A stretch of DNA of 64,000 nucleotides from a virus. Positions 18,971 through 28,350 of this stretch are shown here, piece by piece (positions within the stretch are counted from its first letter, which is position 1; each line of letters starts with the position of its first letter). The notes below the pieces were generated by a model. The model made no database searches, was not told the origin of the DNA, and was given only the letters and a program-made list of their open reading frames with translations. The translations under genes and the position numbers were made by a program. The stretch covers positions 25,020-89,019 of the IMG/VR virus record IMGVR_UViG_3300032323_000739; one strand, written 5' to 3'.

Positions 18971-20028
18971 CATGGCGTGTAAAGACTACCCTTCCTGTAG
19001 AGTTTGATATAGTCAAAGTACCTAATGCATTGGATTGGGACATAATTCCCGGTCAGCGTAGAATAGCCGTGGTTGATGAAACAGTCTATGCTTTGTACAA
19101 AGACAAAATTCCCGCTGGCACAGAGATTTTTACAGTACGCAGTACAGAATCTGAAAAAGATTGGAAAAACGCCGAACGTGTTTTACAGTTTTTTCAAGAT
19201 ATAAAATTACTACGGAGAGAAACGGTTATTGCTGTAGGCGGTGGAGTTCTTTTAGACTTAGTAGGATTTTGTTGCAGTATATATCGTAGAGGTGTTCCTT
19301 ATGTTAGAATACCAACTACACTATTGGCTATTGTTGATGCTAGTGTAGGTGCAAAAACAAGCATTAATCATTTTGGGTTTAGAAATAGAATTGGTAGTTT
19401 TTATCCACCGACATTGACATTAATTGATAAGTCTTTTATTAAAACACAAGATCACAGAGAAATATCAAACGGCATGGCAGAAATTTTAAAGTTAGCCATA
19501 GTTCTTGATTATCAATTATTTGAATTAATTGAACTTAATCCGCAGGAATTACTAAGACTTAAATTTCAAAATTATGTGTTAGCAGATAAAATAATTGATC
19601 GTGCAATTTCGGGTATGACTGAAGAACTGAATGATAATCTTTGGGAACGAGACTTACAGCGTCCTGTAGATTTTGGACATACATTTAGTCCTATGGTTGA
19701 AATGAAAAATGTTCCTAATTTGTTACATGGTGAAGCAGTAATGTTAGATTGTCTTTTAAGTGCTTGTATTAGTAATTTAAGAGGATATATCAGCAACGAT
19801 CATTTACACCGTATTTTTAAAACTGTTCGCAGTTGTGACTTGCCTACAGAACACAAAGATTTTTATAATGTTGACCTGCTGTGGGCAGGTTTACAAGATG
19901 TAATGAACCATCGCAATGGTAATCAATATATACCTGTTCCTATAAGTATTGGCCGTTGCGAAATTATCAATGACGTAACACGCAGTGAAATAGAACAGGC
20001 CTGCGACCGAATGAGAAGTATGCAATGA
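18967..20028 (+). CDS. Sedoheptulose-7-phosphate cyclase, 2-epi-5-epi-valiolone synthase (EEVS) type
   Basis: DHQS-family GGGVLLD and PTTLLAIVDASVGAKT; EEVS fingerprint MTEEL.DNLWE..L.RPVDFGHTFSP, LLHGEAV, NHRNG. Confidence 0.85.
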   Translation: MTWRVKTTLPVEFDIVKVPNALDWDIIPGQRRIAVVDETVYALYKDKIPAGTEIFTVRSTESEKDWKNAERVLQFFQDIKLLRRETVIAVGGGVLLDLVGFCCSIYRRGVPYVRIPTTLLAIVDASVGAKTSINHFGFRNRIGSFYPPTLTLIDKSFIKTQDHREISNGMAEILKLAIVLDYQLFELIELNPQELLRLKFQNYVLADKIIDRAISGMTEELNDNLWERDLQRPVDFGHTFSPMVEMKNVPNLLHGEAVMLDCLLSACISNLRGYISNDHLHRIFKTVRSCDLPTEHKDFYNVDLLWAGLQDVMNHRNGNQYIPVPISIGRCEIINDVTRSEIEQACDRMRSMQ

Positions 20029-20699
20029 AAACAGTATTAATTACAGGTTCTAGTCGAGGGCTAGGTAAAGCACTGACAGAAACATTTTTACAAAATGGAT
20101 GGAAAGTTGTTGGAGTTAGTAGAACAGATTTAAAGAGTTATGACAACTATACACACATAGTTGCTGATGTGGCTAATATTGGCCAAGTCCATACTGCATT
20201 TGATCTACTTAAAAAAACTAAAACTAAAATTGATGTGTTAATAAACAATACGGCTGCTTTTCATATGGGCGACTTTGCAGATTCAAAATATTTTGATATT
20301 GCGAATGTTATTGATACTAATGTAAAAGGCACAATGTATGTGACTAATCAAGCGTTAACAATAATGGAGCCAGGTTCAAAAGTTGTTTTTGTTAACAGTG
20401 TAGCAGGACTAAGAGAAATTCAACATCAGAGCATTTACTGTGCCAGCAAGGCTGCTTTAAAAAGTTTTGCCGGAGTGTTAGGCCAAGAACTTAGACAGAG
20501 GGGTATAAAAGTATCTAGTATACATCCAGGCGGCATTAACACAACCTTATGGAATGAAAATAATCCATATCCTTGCGGTGATGTTACTAACGCTTTAGAT
20601 CCACACCATCTTTCAGAAATGATCTATCGCATCTCGTCTGATACTAGTAATACTGAATACAAAACTATAACAATGTTTCCTGAAGTGGAGTGGCACTAA
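20025..20699 (+). CDS. Short-chain dehydrogenase/reductase
   Basis: TGSSRGLG, LINNTA, NS, YCASK, HPGGINT. Confidence 0.9.
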   Translation: MKTVLITGSSRGLGKALTETFLQNGWKVVGVSRTDLKSYDNYTHIVADVANIGQVHTAFDLLKKTKTKIDVLINNTAAFHMGDFADSKYFDIANVIDTNVKGTMYVTNQALTIMEPGSKVVFVNSVAGLREIQHQSIYCASKAALKSFAGVLGQELRQRGIKVSSIHPGGINTTLWNENNPYPCGDVTNALDPHHLSEMIYRISSDTSNTEYKTITMFPEVEWH

Positions 20700-21394
20700 T
20701 GTACGACATAGTGTTTATCAGTTACGGTGAGCCTAATGCAGAAGCCAATTGGGAACGATTAAAAAATAGATATCCCTTGGCTAAACGTGTTACCAATGTG
20801 GCAGGAATTCATCAAGCACATATTGCCGCGGCTAAAAAAGCCTTTACTAAAATGGTTTGGGTAGTGGATGGCGATGCAGAGGTATTACCTACATTTAATT
20901 TTGACTACGAAGTTAGCGAATGGGATTTAGATGTAGTACATGTATGGCGCAGTCGTAATCCTATAAATGATTTAGAATACGGGTACGGCGGAGTAAAACT
21001 ATTGCCACGTAAGTTAACGCTGGATATGGATATTTCTAAACCAGACATGACTACCAGTATTAGTACAAAATTTAAAGCAATGGCTGAAGTTAGTAATATT
21101 ACTGCTTTTAACACTGATCCGTTTAATACTTGGAAGAGTGCGTTTCGCGAGTGCGTTAAGTTAGCCAGTAAAGTTATAGATGGACAAGTTGACACTGAAA
21201 CTGAGCATAGGTTATTAGAGTGGTGTACCCCACACGTAGATAGATTGCACGGTAACTGGGCGTTTCTTGGCGCAGAGGATGGCAAAATGTACGGCATGCA
21301 AAAGGCCGGAGATTTAAAAGCACTAGGTAAAATAAATGATTTTGAATGGCTACGACAATTCTTTTCAAGATATCCCGTTCCACCAAATAGTTAA
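20699..21394 (+). CDS. Glycosyltransferase-like protein (GT-A, DxD)
   Basis: SYGEPNAE...WVVDGDA...YGYGGVKL...AFRECVKL; paralog of 9228..10124. Confidence 0.55.
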   Translation: MYDIVFISYGEPNAEANWERLKNRYPLAKRVTNVAGIHQAHIAAAKKAFTKMVWVVDGDAEVLPTFNFDYEVSEWDLDVVHVWRSRNPINDLEYGYGGVKLLPRKLTLDMDISKPDMTTSISTKFKAMAEVSNITAFNTDPFNTWKSAFRECVKLASKVIDGQVDTETEHRLLEWCTPHVDRLHGNWAFLGAEDGKMYGMQKAGDLKALGKINDFEWLRQFFSRYPVPPNS

Positions 21395-22334
21395 ATTTGG
21401 TCAACGCACTATGCTTGAACGACCTTTGTTCAACGTAAGTTGGATACTAGGTCGTTTTTGTAATTATAATTGTAGTTACTGCTGGCCCTATGCTAGAAGT
21501 GATAAATTGGATCATCTAGATTATGAAACTTATACAAACACCGTTGACGAAATAAAACGTCAGGCACGTGAACAAGGCTTCACTGATTTTCATTGGAGTT
21601 TTAGTGGCGGCGAACCTACAGCATATAAACGATTATTAGATTTAGTTAAACATTTAGACGATGGAGTAAAATCTCCTTATCAAAGTATCCACATGACTAC
21701 TAATCTTAGTCCAGGAAGTAAGTGGTGGGGCACCTGGTGTAAAAATACTGAGATGCTACAACGCAGAAGTTTAACAGCCAGTTTCCATACAGAATTTGCA
21801 CGTGAACAAGAATTTGGAGACAAATGTCTACAATTAAATTACGAAGGTGTTCATGTAACAGTAAATCAGGTAATGGTTCCAGAATTGTTCTGGGACACCT
21901 ATGCACGATGCGAACGTCTATACAAACGAGGTATAAATGTAACACTAAAACCTCAAAGCGATCCTACGGCTAGTTTTGTAGTCAGTGGTTACGATGACAA
22001 AATGTTAGAGGTTATGCAAACAGGATTTCCGCAATTATCGAGTGGCGAGCAGTTGTATCAGGTAGCATTATTTGACGAGTTAGGGCACGAATATTTGTTT
22101 GATCAAGCCGAAAGATTTAACGCATTTGGTTTTAACAAATTTCAAAATTGGACTTGCAATGCTGGCTATCAAAGTGTTATAATAAGAAGCAACGAAGTTA
22201 AACGTAGTTATAGTTGTCACGATGAATCATTAGGAACTTTGATAAGCGGATTTAAATTATTTGACAGTCCTAAAAAATGTATAACTCCAACTTGTGTTAG
22301 TTCGGCAGATAGTAAAATACCAAAAATAAAATGA
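21336..22334 (+). CDS. Radical SAM protein with C-terminal Cys cluster
   Basis: CNYNCSYC, SGGEPT, WTCNAG...C...C....C. Confidence 0.9.
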   Translation: MILNGYDNSFQDIPFHQIVKFGQRTMLERPLFNVSWILGRFCNYNCSYCWPYARSDKLDHLDYETYTNTVDEIKRQAREQGFTDFHWSFSGGEPTAYKRLLDLVKHLDDGVKSPYQSIHMTTNLSPGSKWWGTWCKNTEMLQRRSLTASFHTEFAREQEFGDKCLQLNYEGVHVTVNQVMVPELFWDTYARCERLYKRGINVTLKPQSDPTASFVVSGYDDKMLEVMQTGFPQLSSGEQLYQVALFDELGHEYLFDQAERFNAFGFNKFQNWTCNAGYQSVIIRSNEVKRSYSCHDESLGTLISGFKLFDSPKKCITPTCVSSADSKIPKIK

Positions 22335-23002
22335 AAAGATTAATAGCGTTCGGAGATTCCATGACCTATGGTGTAGGATTAGAAGATTGCTGGCCGGATA
22401 CCGAGAAACCTAGTAAGCACTGTTGGCCCGAAATAATTGCGTCGACACTTGGAAGAAAATGCATTAACAAATCAGTGCCAGGGTCTAGTAACAAACGAAT
22501 ATGGTATTCTATATCTAAGTTTAAATTCCGTTCAGACGATTTGGTATTAATTTTATGGACATATCCTGATAGAACTGCGGTTATTCGAACTCCCTTTAAT
22601 ATAACAAATTTATTGCCTAGTCAAGTAGGCAATAGTTATGGAGAAGTAGAAATAATGGCACGTAGTTATTATGAAAATCTTCATGCTTTCTATGATTCTG
22701 ATGTCGCAAGCAAACTTTATATAAGAGATGCTACTAGAAAAATAAAAGATCTGGGACTAGAGTTTTATCAGATGATTGCTGAGCCTCGAGATAAGTTTTT
22801 ATTTGAAAATATAGAACATATTTCGCTATTCATGAGTAACTATGAAAGAAATTATAATAAAGCCCTAGACGACAATCATGCCGGACCCGACGGTCACAAA
22901 GCATTTGCTCGAGATTTTTTAAAATATATAAATGTTGATACAGATTTAGTTGCTCCTAAACCTTTAAGTTTTTTTGAAAAGATTAAAAAAAGATGCAGAT
23001 AG
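22331..23002 (+). CDS. SGNH/GDSL-family protein
   Basis: FGDSMTYG, GSSN, DDNHAGPDGH. Confidence 0.7.
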   Translation: MKRLIAFGDSMTYGVGLEDCWPDTEKPSKHCWPEIIASTLGRKCINKSVPGSSNKRIWYSISKFKFRSDDLVLILWTYPDRTAVIRTPFNITNLLPSQVGNSYGEVEIMARSYYENLHAFYDSDVASKLYIRDATRKIKDLGLEFYQMIAEPRDKFLFENIEHISLFMSNYERNYNKALDDNHAGPDGHKAFARDFLKYINVDTDLVAPKPLSFFEKIKKRCR

Positions 23003-23583
23003 ATACAGAACATTTACACCACTGGATGAGAGCAATTCGATCTAGCAAAGATCCTATACGTACCATGGATGCTTTTTGGAGAGGCCAAATTCTTAGTAAA
23101 GAATGGTTAATAGACAATATTAAACCGTTTGTCAATCAAGAAGTGTCTATAGACATACATGGCGGGTGGGTAGGAGTGTTATCTAGTATGTTGTTTCAAT
23201 CTGGCTTATCTATTAAACATATTCGTAGTATCGACATAGATCCAGACTGCAAGGATATAGCATCTAATATGAATCAGATAGAACTAGAACAAGGAAGATT
23301 TAGAGCTGTCACAGCAGATATGTGTACTATTCGCAGTGATGCAGATATTATAATTAATACTAGTTGTGAACACATTACACAAGATCAATACGACACTTGG
23401 TCAATAGGACATCCTAACAACAGTCTATTGGTATTACAGAGCAACAACTACAGCATTCCTGAACACGTTAGGCCTGCTCAAGATTTAGAAGAATTTAAAT
23501 CTCAATGTGATGTAAATGTATTATGGGCAGGAGAATTAGAACTACCCCTGTACAAGCGATTTATGATTATAGGAACTAGATGA
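22993..23583 (+). CDS. Class I SAM-dependent methyltransferase-like protein
   Basis: DIHGGWVG, SIDIDP, TADM, INTSCEH. Confidence 0.65.
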   Translation: MQIDTEHLHHWMRAIRSSKDPIRTMDAFWRGQILSKEWLIDNIKPFVNQEVSIDIHGGWVGVLSSMLFQSGLSIKHIRSIDIDPDCKDIASNMNQIELEQGRFRAVTADMCTIRSDADIIINTSCEHITQDQYDTWSIGHPNNSLLVLQSNNYSIPEHVRPAQDLEEFKSQCDVNVLWAGELELPLYKRFMIIGTR

Positions 23584-24449
23584 TGAACAAACATTTTATT
23601 GAAATAGCACAATTTTACATGACTAATGTTTGTAATCTTACCTGTAATAATTGCTGTACTTTCAATAATAGAAGATTTTCGGGACACTATAAATTTAACG
23701 ATTATCGAGATCATTATATTGAGTGGTCAAAAAAAGTTGATTTAGATTTTATGAGTATCCTAGGTGGAGAACCGTATGCTAATCCAGATTTACCAAATTG
23801 GATAGATGGTCTCAGATCCTGCTGGCCAGATAACAAAAATTTTAGTATTTGTACAAACGGATCTTATCTCTCTACCTTCAAAGAATTGTCAAGAGATGCA
23901 ATAAAAAAGGGATTATGGTTAGAAATAAATGTTCACGATCCTAATCAATATGATGATATTAAAAACAATTTGTTAGAAATTATCAGTGTCTTTAATTATG
24001 AAGAAAAAGTTATACCTGATAAATTTCATGTAGATCATCTTGAATACTATGCTGACGGTATAAAAATAGCTCAAATAGTCAAATATTATAATTTTTTTAA
24101 TTCAGCAACTACAGAGATTAAAAATAGAGTAACGTATTTTCATAATAGTAATCCAGAAATTGCTCACAGTGCTTGTTCAGCATTTGATTGTCATTATTTT
24201 GTAAGAGGCGAACTTTATAAATGTTTTTTAACAGCAGTGGGAAGAGATTTAAATCAGCAATTTTTGATAGAGGATCGTGCTAAAACTCTTCTAGAAAACT
24301 ATCAGGCCTGCTCACCGTGGTCTTCGGACGAACAAATTAAACAATTTATGAACAATATTAAAACCCCAATATCTCAATGTAGTCTTTGTCCAGAAAAATT
24401 AAATTTACAGCCTATATGGCCTTTAGAAAAGACCAAAATTAAATTGTAG
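23580..24449 (+). CDS. Radical SAM protein
   Basis: CNLTCNNC, LGGEP, TNG, C-terminal Cys residues. Confidence 0.85.
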   Translation: MMNKHFIEIAQFYMTNVCNLTCNNCCTFNNRRFSGHYKFNDYRDHYIEWSKKVDLDFMSILGGEPYANPDLPNWIDGLRSCWPDNKNFSICTNGSYLSTFKELSRDAIKKGLWLEINVHDPNQYDDIKNNLLEIISVFNYEEKVIPDKFHVDHLEYYADGIKIAQIVKYYNFFNSATTEIKNRVTYFHNSNPEIAHSACSAFDCHYFVRGELYKCFLTAVGRDLNQQFLIEDRAKTLLENYQACSPWSSDEQIKQFMNNIKTPISQCSLCPEKLNLQPIWPLEKTKIKL

Positions 24450-24482
24450 TCAAAACAACCTATGTAGAATGATAGGTTTGTT

Positions 24483-24488
24483 TAAATA
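24483..24488 (+). promoter_or_regulatory. Putative late-promoter box TAAATA
   Basis: Intergenic; follows an imperfect hairpin and precedes the AAGGA SD of 24510. Confidence 0.4.
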
Positions 24489-24509
24489 TCATGAACCAAG
24501 GAATATTCT

Positions 24510-25433
24510 ATGAAAATTTTAATGACCGGAACCAGTGGATTTATCGGATCACATCTTAAACCACTGATTGAAAAAAATCATACTTTTTACTCTCTTAAAA
24601 GCGATTTGTTAGATTTTGAAGCAGTAACCAAAGAAGTATTAGATTTTAAACCAGATGTCATAGTACACCTTGGTGCTCGTACAGAAGTTGAAAAAAGTTT
24701 TTATGAGCAAATAACATTTAGTCAAATTAATTATGTTGGTAGCGTCAACTTAATCGAAGCGGCTAGCAAAGTAGAGAATTTTAAAAATTTTGTTTTTGCC
24801 AGTACCATGGAAGTGTATGGCTGGCAACCTATTAGCGACGAAATTAAAGATAACGGTCAACCTTTAAATCATGTTGCGTTTGATGAAAATACCGAACCTC
24901 ACCCTAATGCTCCCTATGCTGTAGCCAAATACGGTGTAGAAAAATATCTTGAATATATGCATCGTAGTTGCGGCTTTCCTTTTAGTGCCATTCGTCAGAC
25001 TAATAGTTATGGTCGTAAAGATAATGATTTCTTTGTTGTAGAACAAATTATTACACAGATGTTAAAAAATCCTAATGAGGTAAATTTTGGTTATGCCGAG
25101 CCTTTTCGCAATTTTATTTTTATTGATGATTTACTTGCCGCTTGGATGACATTAATAGAAGATCCTAACATCGGTAAAACAGGAAAAATTTTTACAGTAG
25201 GACCAGACAATCCTATCAAGATAAAAGATCTAGCCAGCATTATTGCTAAGAAACTAAACTGGAACGGTGCAATTAACTGGAATAAAAAACCTAAGCGTCA
25301 GGGAGAAATTTACTGGTTAAACAGCAACCATAATCTTTTAACTAAACACACTGGGTGGACTCCTAAGGTTAGTTTAAATGACGGCATTGATCGAACTATA
25401 GAAATTTGGAGAAACATTTTACATGTTAAATGA
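24510..25433 (+). CDS. NAD-dependent NDP-sugar epimerase/dehydratase
   Basis: TGTSGFIG, HLGA, ASTMEVYG, PYAVAK, R..N.YG, RNFIFIDD. Confidence 0.9.
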   Translation: MKILMTGTSGFIGSHLKPLIEKNHTFYSLKSDLLDFEAVTKEVLDFKPDVIVHLGARTEVEKSFYEQITFSQINYVGSVNLIEAASKVENFKNFVFASTMEVYGWQPISDEIKDNGQPLNHVAFDENTEPHPNAPYAVAKYGVEKYLEYMHRSCGFPFSAIRQTNSYGRKDNDFFVVEQIITQMLKNPNEVNFGYAEPFRNFIFIDDLLAAWMTLIEDPNIGKTGKIFTVGPDNPIKIKDLASIIAKKLNWNGAINWNKKPKRQGEIYWLNSNHNLLTKHTGWTPKVSLNDGIDRTIEIWRNILHVK

Positions 25434-26547
25434 ACTGCAAACTCATTGGGACAACAAAGTTGTTAATTACAATTTAGAAAAGTATAACTGGCCTGCGTGG
25501 GCGTTAAGTGTCATACAAGAAGTTGCACCACAAGTAAAAGAACTTGAAACAATGCATGAAGTTCTTACTCCCGTTGAGATTGTGCGGGTAAGTCAGCATG
25601 TGCAAAATTCATGCAGTCGTAAAGATTTTATGGAACGATTTGATGAATTTGCCGCAGGCATAGTTCCACAACGAATTGCTGGTAAACGTTACATGATTCA
25701 ACGTCAAGGCACTCTTCGTGTGGTAATTCCCAATCAAGAAAGCGTAGGACGTAGACTGGCGTTTCATCAAGGTATTTTTGTAGGAAATGGTCGCGGTTGT
25801 CGTACTATCTGGACCCCATTTACAGAAGCCAAAGGTACTAATACTATGTGGATGTTAGACTTAGATATTAGTCGAGAAATTACAAAACGTGTGCTTGCTG
25901 AAAAGTGGAGTCTTGAAAAGTTTGAAGAAGAAAGTCTAAAACATGCCTGGCCTGTTACACTGGAACCCGGCCAAAGCCACTTGTTCTTTCAAGAACATAT
26001 ACATGGCAATAAAAATAACACAGAGGGATATACTCGTGTTAGTATGGACATGCGTATTCTTATTGAAGGCGAAGAGTGGGGTCGTAGACTTCCTGGCGGA
26101 TTTATGCGACTGCCAGGCGACTATGAAGTTGCAGACACAATGGACTATACTGGTAAAAGTTTTATTACCTATGCTGGTTGGAATAGTAAGTTTAGTAAAG
26201 ATATTCCATTACCGATGCAACGTGCAATTATAGAGCCATACTGTCAAAAGAATAAGATTGCTTATACAAGTTACGAGTTTGAAAATGAACACATGGACTG
26301 GCAACCTGGACTAGAATACTACATTAAAGAACGTCCAGACGGTATTGTACTGTGCAGTATGTACTGTCTAACAGACGACGTGCAACGACGTAGCGAATTA
26401 CTGCAACTGGCATTAGATCTAGGTGTAGAACTACACTTTGCCAACGAACTAGTAAGTTTAAAGTCAAAGAAAGATTTAGAAAAAATCGAAACCTATCTAA
26501 ACTTTGCTGTACCTAAAAAAGGTCCGCATGTGTGGGAAGAACAATAA
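25423..26547 (+). CDS. Fe/2OG oxygenase (StrG-like) with HxG motif, fused to a C-terminal carbohydrate-cluster domain; candidate halogenase
   Basis: AFHQGIF...IWTPFT...HIHGN...TRVSMDMR. C-terminal IPLPMQR..I..YC...DGIVLCS...LHFANE resembles (from memory) LIC12192/TIGR04323 proteins. Confidence 0.65.
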   Translation: MLNELQTHWDNKVVNYNLEKYNWPAWALSVIQEVAPQVKELETMHEVLTPVEIVRVSQHVQNSCSRKDFMERFDEFAAGIVPQRIAGKRYMIQRQGTLRVVIPNQESVGRRLAFHQGIFVGNGRGCRTIWTPFTEAKGTNTMWMLDLDISREITKRVLAEKWSLEKFEEESLKHAWPVTLEPGQSHLFFQEHIHGNKNNTEGYTRVSMDMRILIEGEEWGRRLPGGFMRLPGDYEVADTMDYTGKSFITYAGWNSKFSKDIPLPMQRAIIEPYCQKNKIAYTSYEFENEHMDWQPGLEYYIKERPDGIVLCSMYCLTDDVQRRSELLQLALDLGVELHFANELVSLKSKKDLEKIETYLNFAVPKKGPHVWEEQ

Positions 26548-27053
26548 TGAATAGAGGGCATATTACGCCATTTTGGAGTATGAGTGATATTAAAGCAGTG
26601 TTATTCACTCCACCTGCAAACGTTTACAACGGTTTTAAATTGATGGATTATCAAGAGGATGTTTATAAAAATATTGATATTTCTATCAACATACACAAAA
26701 CTCTTCCAGATTTTATTAGCAAGGAAATTCTTGAACAAGAGTTTAGTTGGCTAAAAGAAAAAATGTATGCTGTACATCGAATGACTCCGGGTACCGGACT
26801 GCCCGAACACTCTGATAGGTATGAATATTATTCTAAAACTAATAACATTGATGACATTAATCAAATAGAGCGGATAATTGTATTTTTAGAAGATAAAAAA
26901 ATAGGTCACGAGTTTGTTTTAGAAAATTACAAATTTGAGGATTGGAAAGCCGGGGACTGGGTAAGTTGGGTCGGTGGAGCGAATCATGCCGCATACAACG
27001 AAGGTGCGGAAGATCGATATACTATGCAGATTACCGGTATTAAAAAAAGTTAG
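26547..27053 (+). CDS. Small Fe/2OG-type oxygenase (DSBH fold)
   Basis: LPEHSD...HAAYN...RYTMQITG. Confidence 0.65.
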   Translation: MNRGHITPFWSMSDIKAVLFTPPANVYNGFKLMDYQEDVYKNIDISINIHKTLPDFISKEILEQEFSWLKEKMYAVHRMTPGTGLPEHSDRYEYYSKTNNIDDINQIERIIVFLEDKKIGHEFVLENYKFEDWKAGDWVSWVGGANHAAYNEGAEDRYTMQITGIKKS

Positions 27054-28350
27054 AGTTTTTCTTAAGAGATTCTAAATTTTTAAAATTGTGTTCTATAATT
27101 GGTGTCATTTCACTATAGAGTACTTTTAAATCTTCTATTGATTTTGAACTTAGATAGTCAATAACTTTAAATATTTTTATTAATCGCTGTTCGTGATTTT
27201 CTTCTTGGTCATAACTTTCGTCCCAAAAATCACTAAAAGTTTTAAATCCTAGTTTTTTAGCATATTCTAAAGAATAAGGCGGAGCCATTAGTATAAAAGG
27301 TCTAAATGATTTAACTGCATTTAGAGTTTTTTCACTTAACATTCCTGTGGGCTGTGCAAATTTAGTTTCACTGACAACTGCACAAAAACAACTTTGATAT
27401 ACTGATATAGGTAATTCGTTTATGCTAGGACACTCTTGTCTATGAAATACATAATCCATTACTATTGGTCCTTGATTTTGTAACTCCTCGACGCCATTTT
27501 TTATTTTTTTATAAAGTTCTGGGTAGATATTTTGCCAGCGATCGATATCAAACCACAGATTGCTGTTTATTTCTTCAAATGAAACATTGTGTTGCCAAGA
27601 ATATTTTGTTTCTAAATTTTTTATATAACTGATTAATAAATGGCGGTATCCTGTGTATCTCCAGGCACCTGACCAAAATTTGTATTTTATTTTTGAGCAA
27701 TCTGGTATATTAGAATCGGGATTATATGTATAAGTGGTAGTAGAATCAGTACTGTGTTTTAATAATGAGGTTTTAAAAATATCTCGATTTTTAATTTCAA
27801 ACGAATATTTTTCTTTAAAATATTTCTCAACGTTATAGTCAAAGGTATTGACTCTTACCTTTGTTAATCCATTTTTTAACACAAATTTTTTAACACTATC
27901 TAGCTCAAAACAATGTAAATTTTCAATATTTTTTATAGTAGATTCGAAACCATTTATGATATAAACTGAATTTATTATTGGGTTATTATAAGCATCGGTG
28001 TCTTTTAAACTAAACGTATTTTTTTCGCCGATATCAAAAAACAAATTTTCGTAGAAGAAGATGTCCAATCCGTGTTCATTTATATAAGTTACAACATCGT
28101 TAGGTAAAATTAAATTTTCTATTTGAGAAATTTGACCAATGCCTGTATAAACCATAAAAGGCGTTGGATAGTTGTATAGGTAAGTATCTTTGTAGTAGTC
28201 ATCAAAATAATCAAAAAACGAATAATCATTACAAATTTCTTCTTGATTTACAATCTCTCCCGTTTTTAAAATAATAGAAGGCGACTGTATTTTTAAGTCT
28301 TGATATACAACACAAAAATAATAAGGACTTTCAACATCAAAATTTTTCAT
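27040..28350 (-). CDS. Glycosyltransferase-like protein, paralog family X (1 of 4)
   Basis: C-terminal CFCAVVSET...SEKT..A....RPFI...SLEY...GFKTF..FWDESYD; resembles GT-B donor-binding domains. Confidence 0.5.
   Translation of the reverse strand: MKNFDVESPYYFCVVYQDLKIQSPSIILKTGEIVNQEEICNDYSFFDYFDDYYKDTYLYNYPTPFMVYTGIGQISQIENLILPNDVVTYINEHGLDIFFYENLFFDIGEKNTFSLKDTDAYNNPIINSVYIINGFESTIKNIENLHCFELDSVKKFVLKNGLTKVRVNTFDYNVEKYFKEKYSFEIKNRDIFKTSLLKHSTDSTTTYTYNPDSNIPDCSKIKYKFWSGAWRYTGYRHLLISYIKNLETKYSWQHNVSFEEINSNLWFDIDRWQNIYPELYKKIKNGVEELQNQGPIVMDYVFHRQECPSINELPISVYQSCFCAVVSETKFAQPTGMLSEKTLNAVKSFRPFILMAPPYSLEYAKKLGFKTFSDFWDESYDQEENHEQRLIKIFKVIDYLSSKSIEDLKVLYSEMTPIIEHNFKNLESLKKNSNFF

Noticed and set aside
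18967-20028. aroB (3-dehydroquinate synthase) or mycosporine DDGS
   Set aside because: Diagnostic residues match EEVS; no shikimate genes and no ATP-grasp MysC-type ligase nearby.
22154-22183. Internal sigma70-like promoter TTGCAA-18-TATAAT with TGn
   Set aside because: Lies inside a radical SAM CDS in AT-rich DNA; cannot be distinguished from chance without TSS data.
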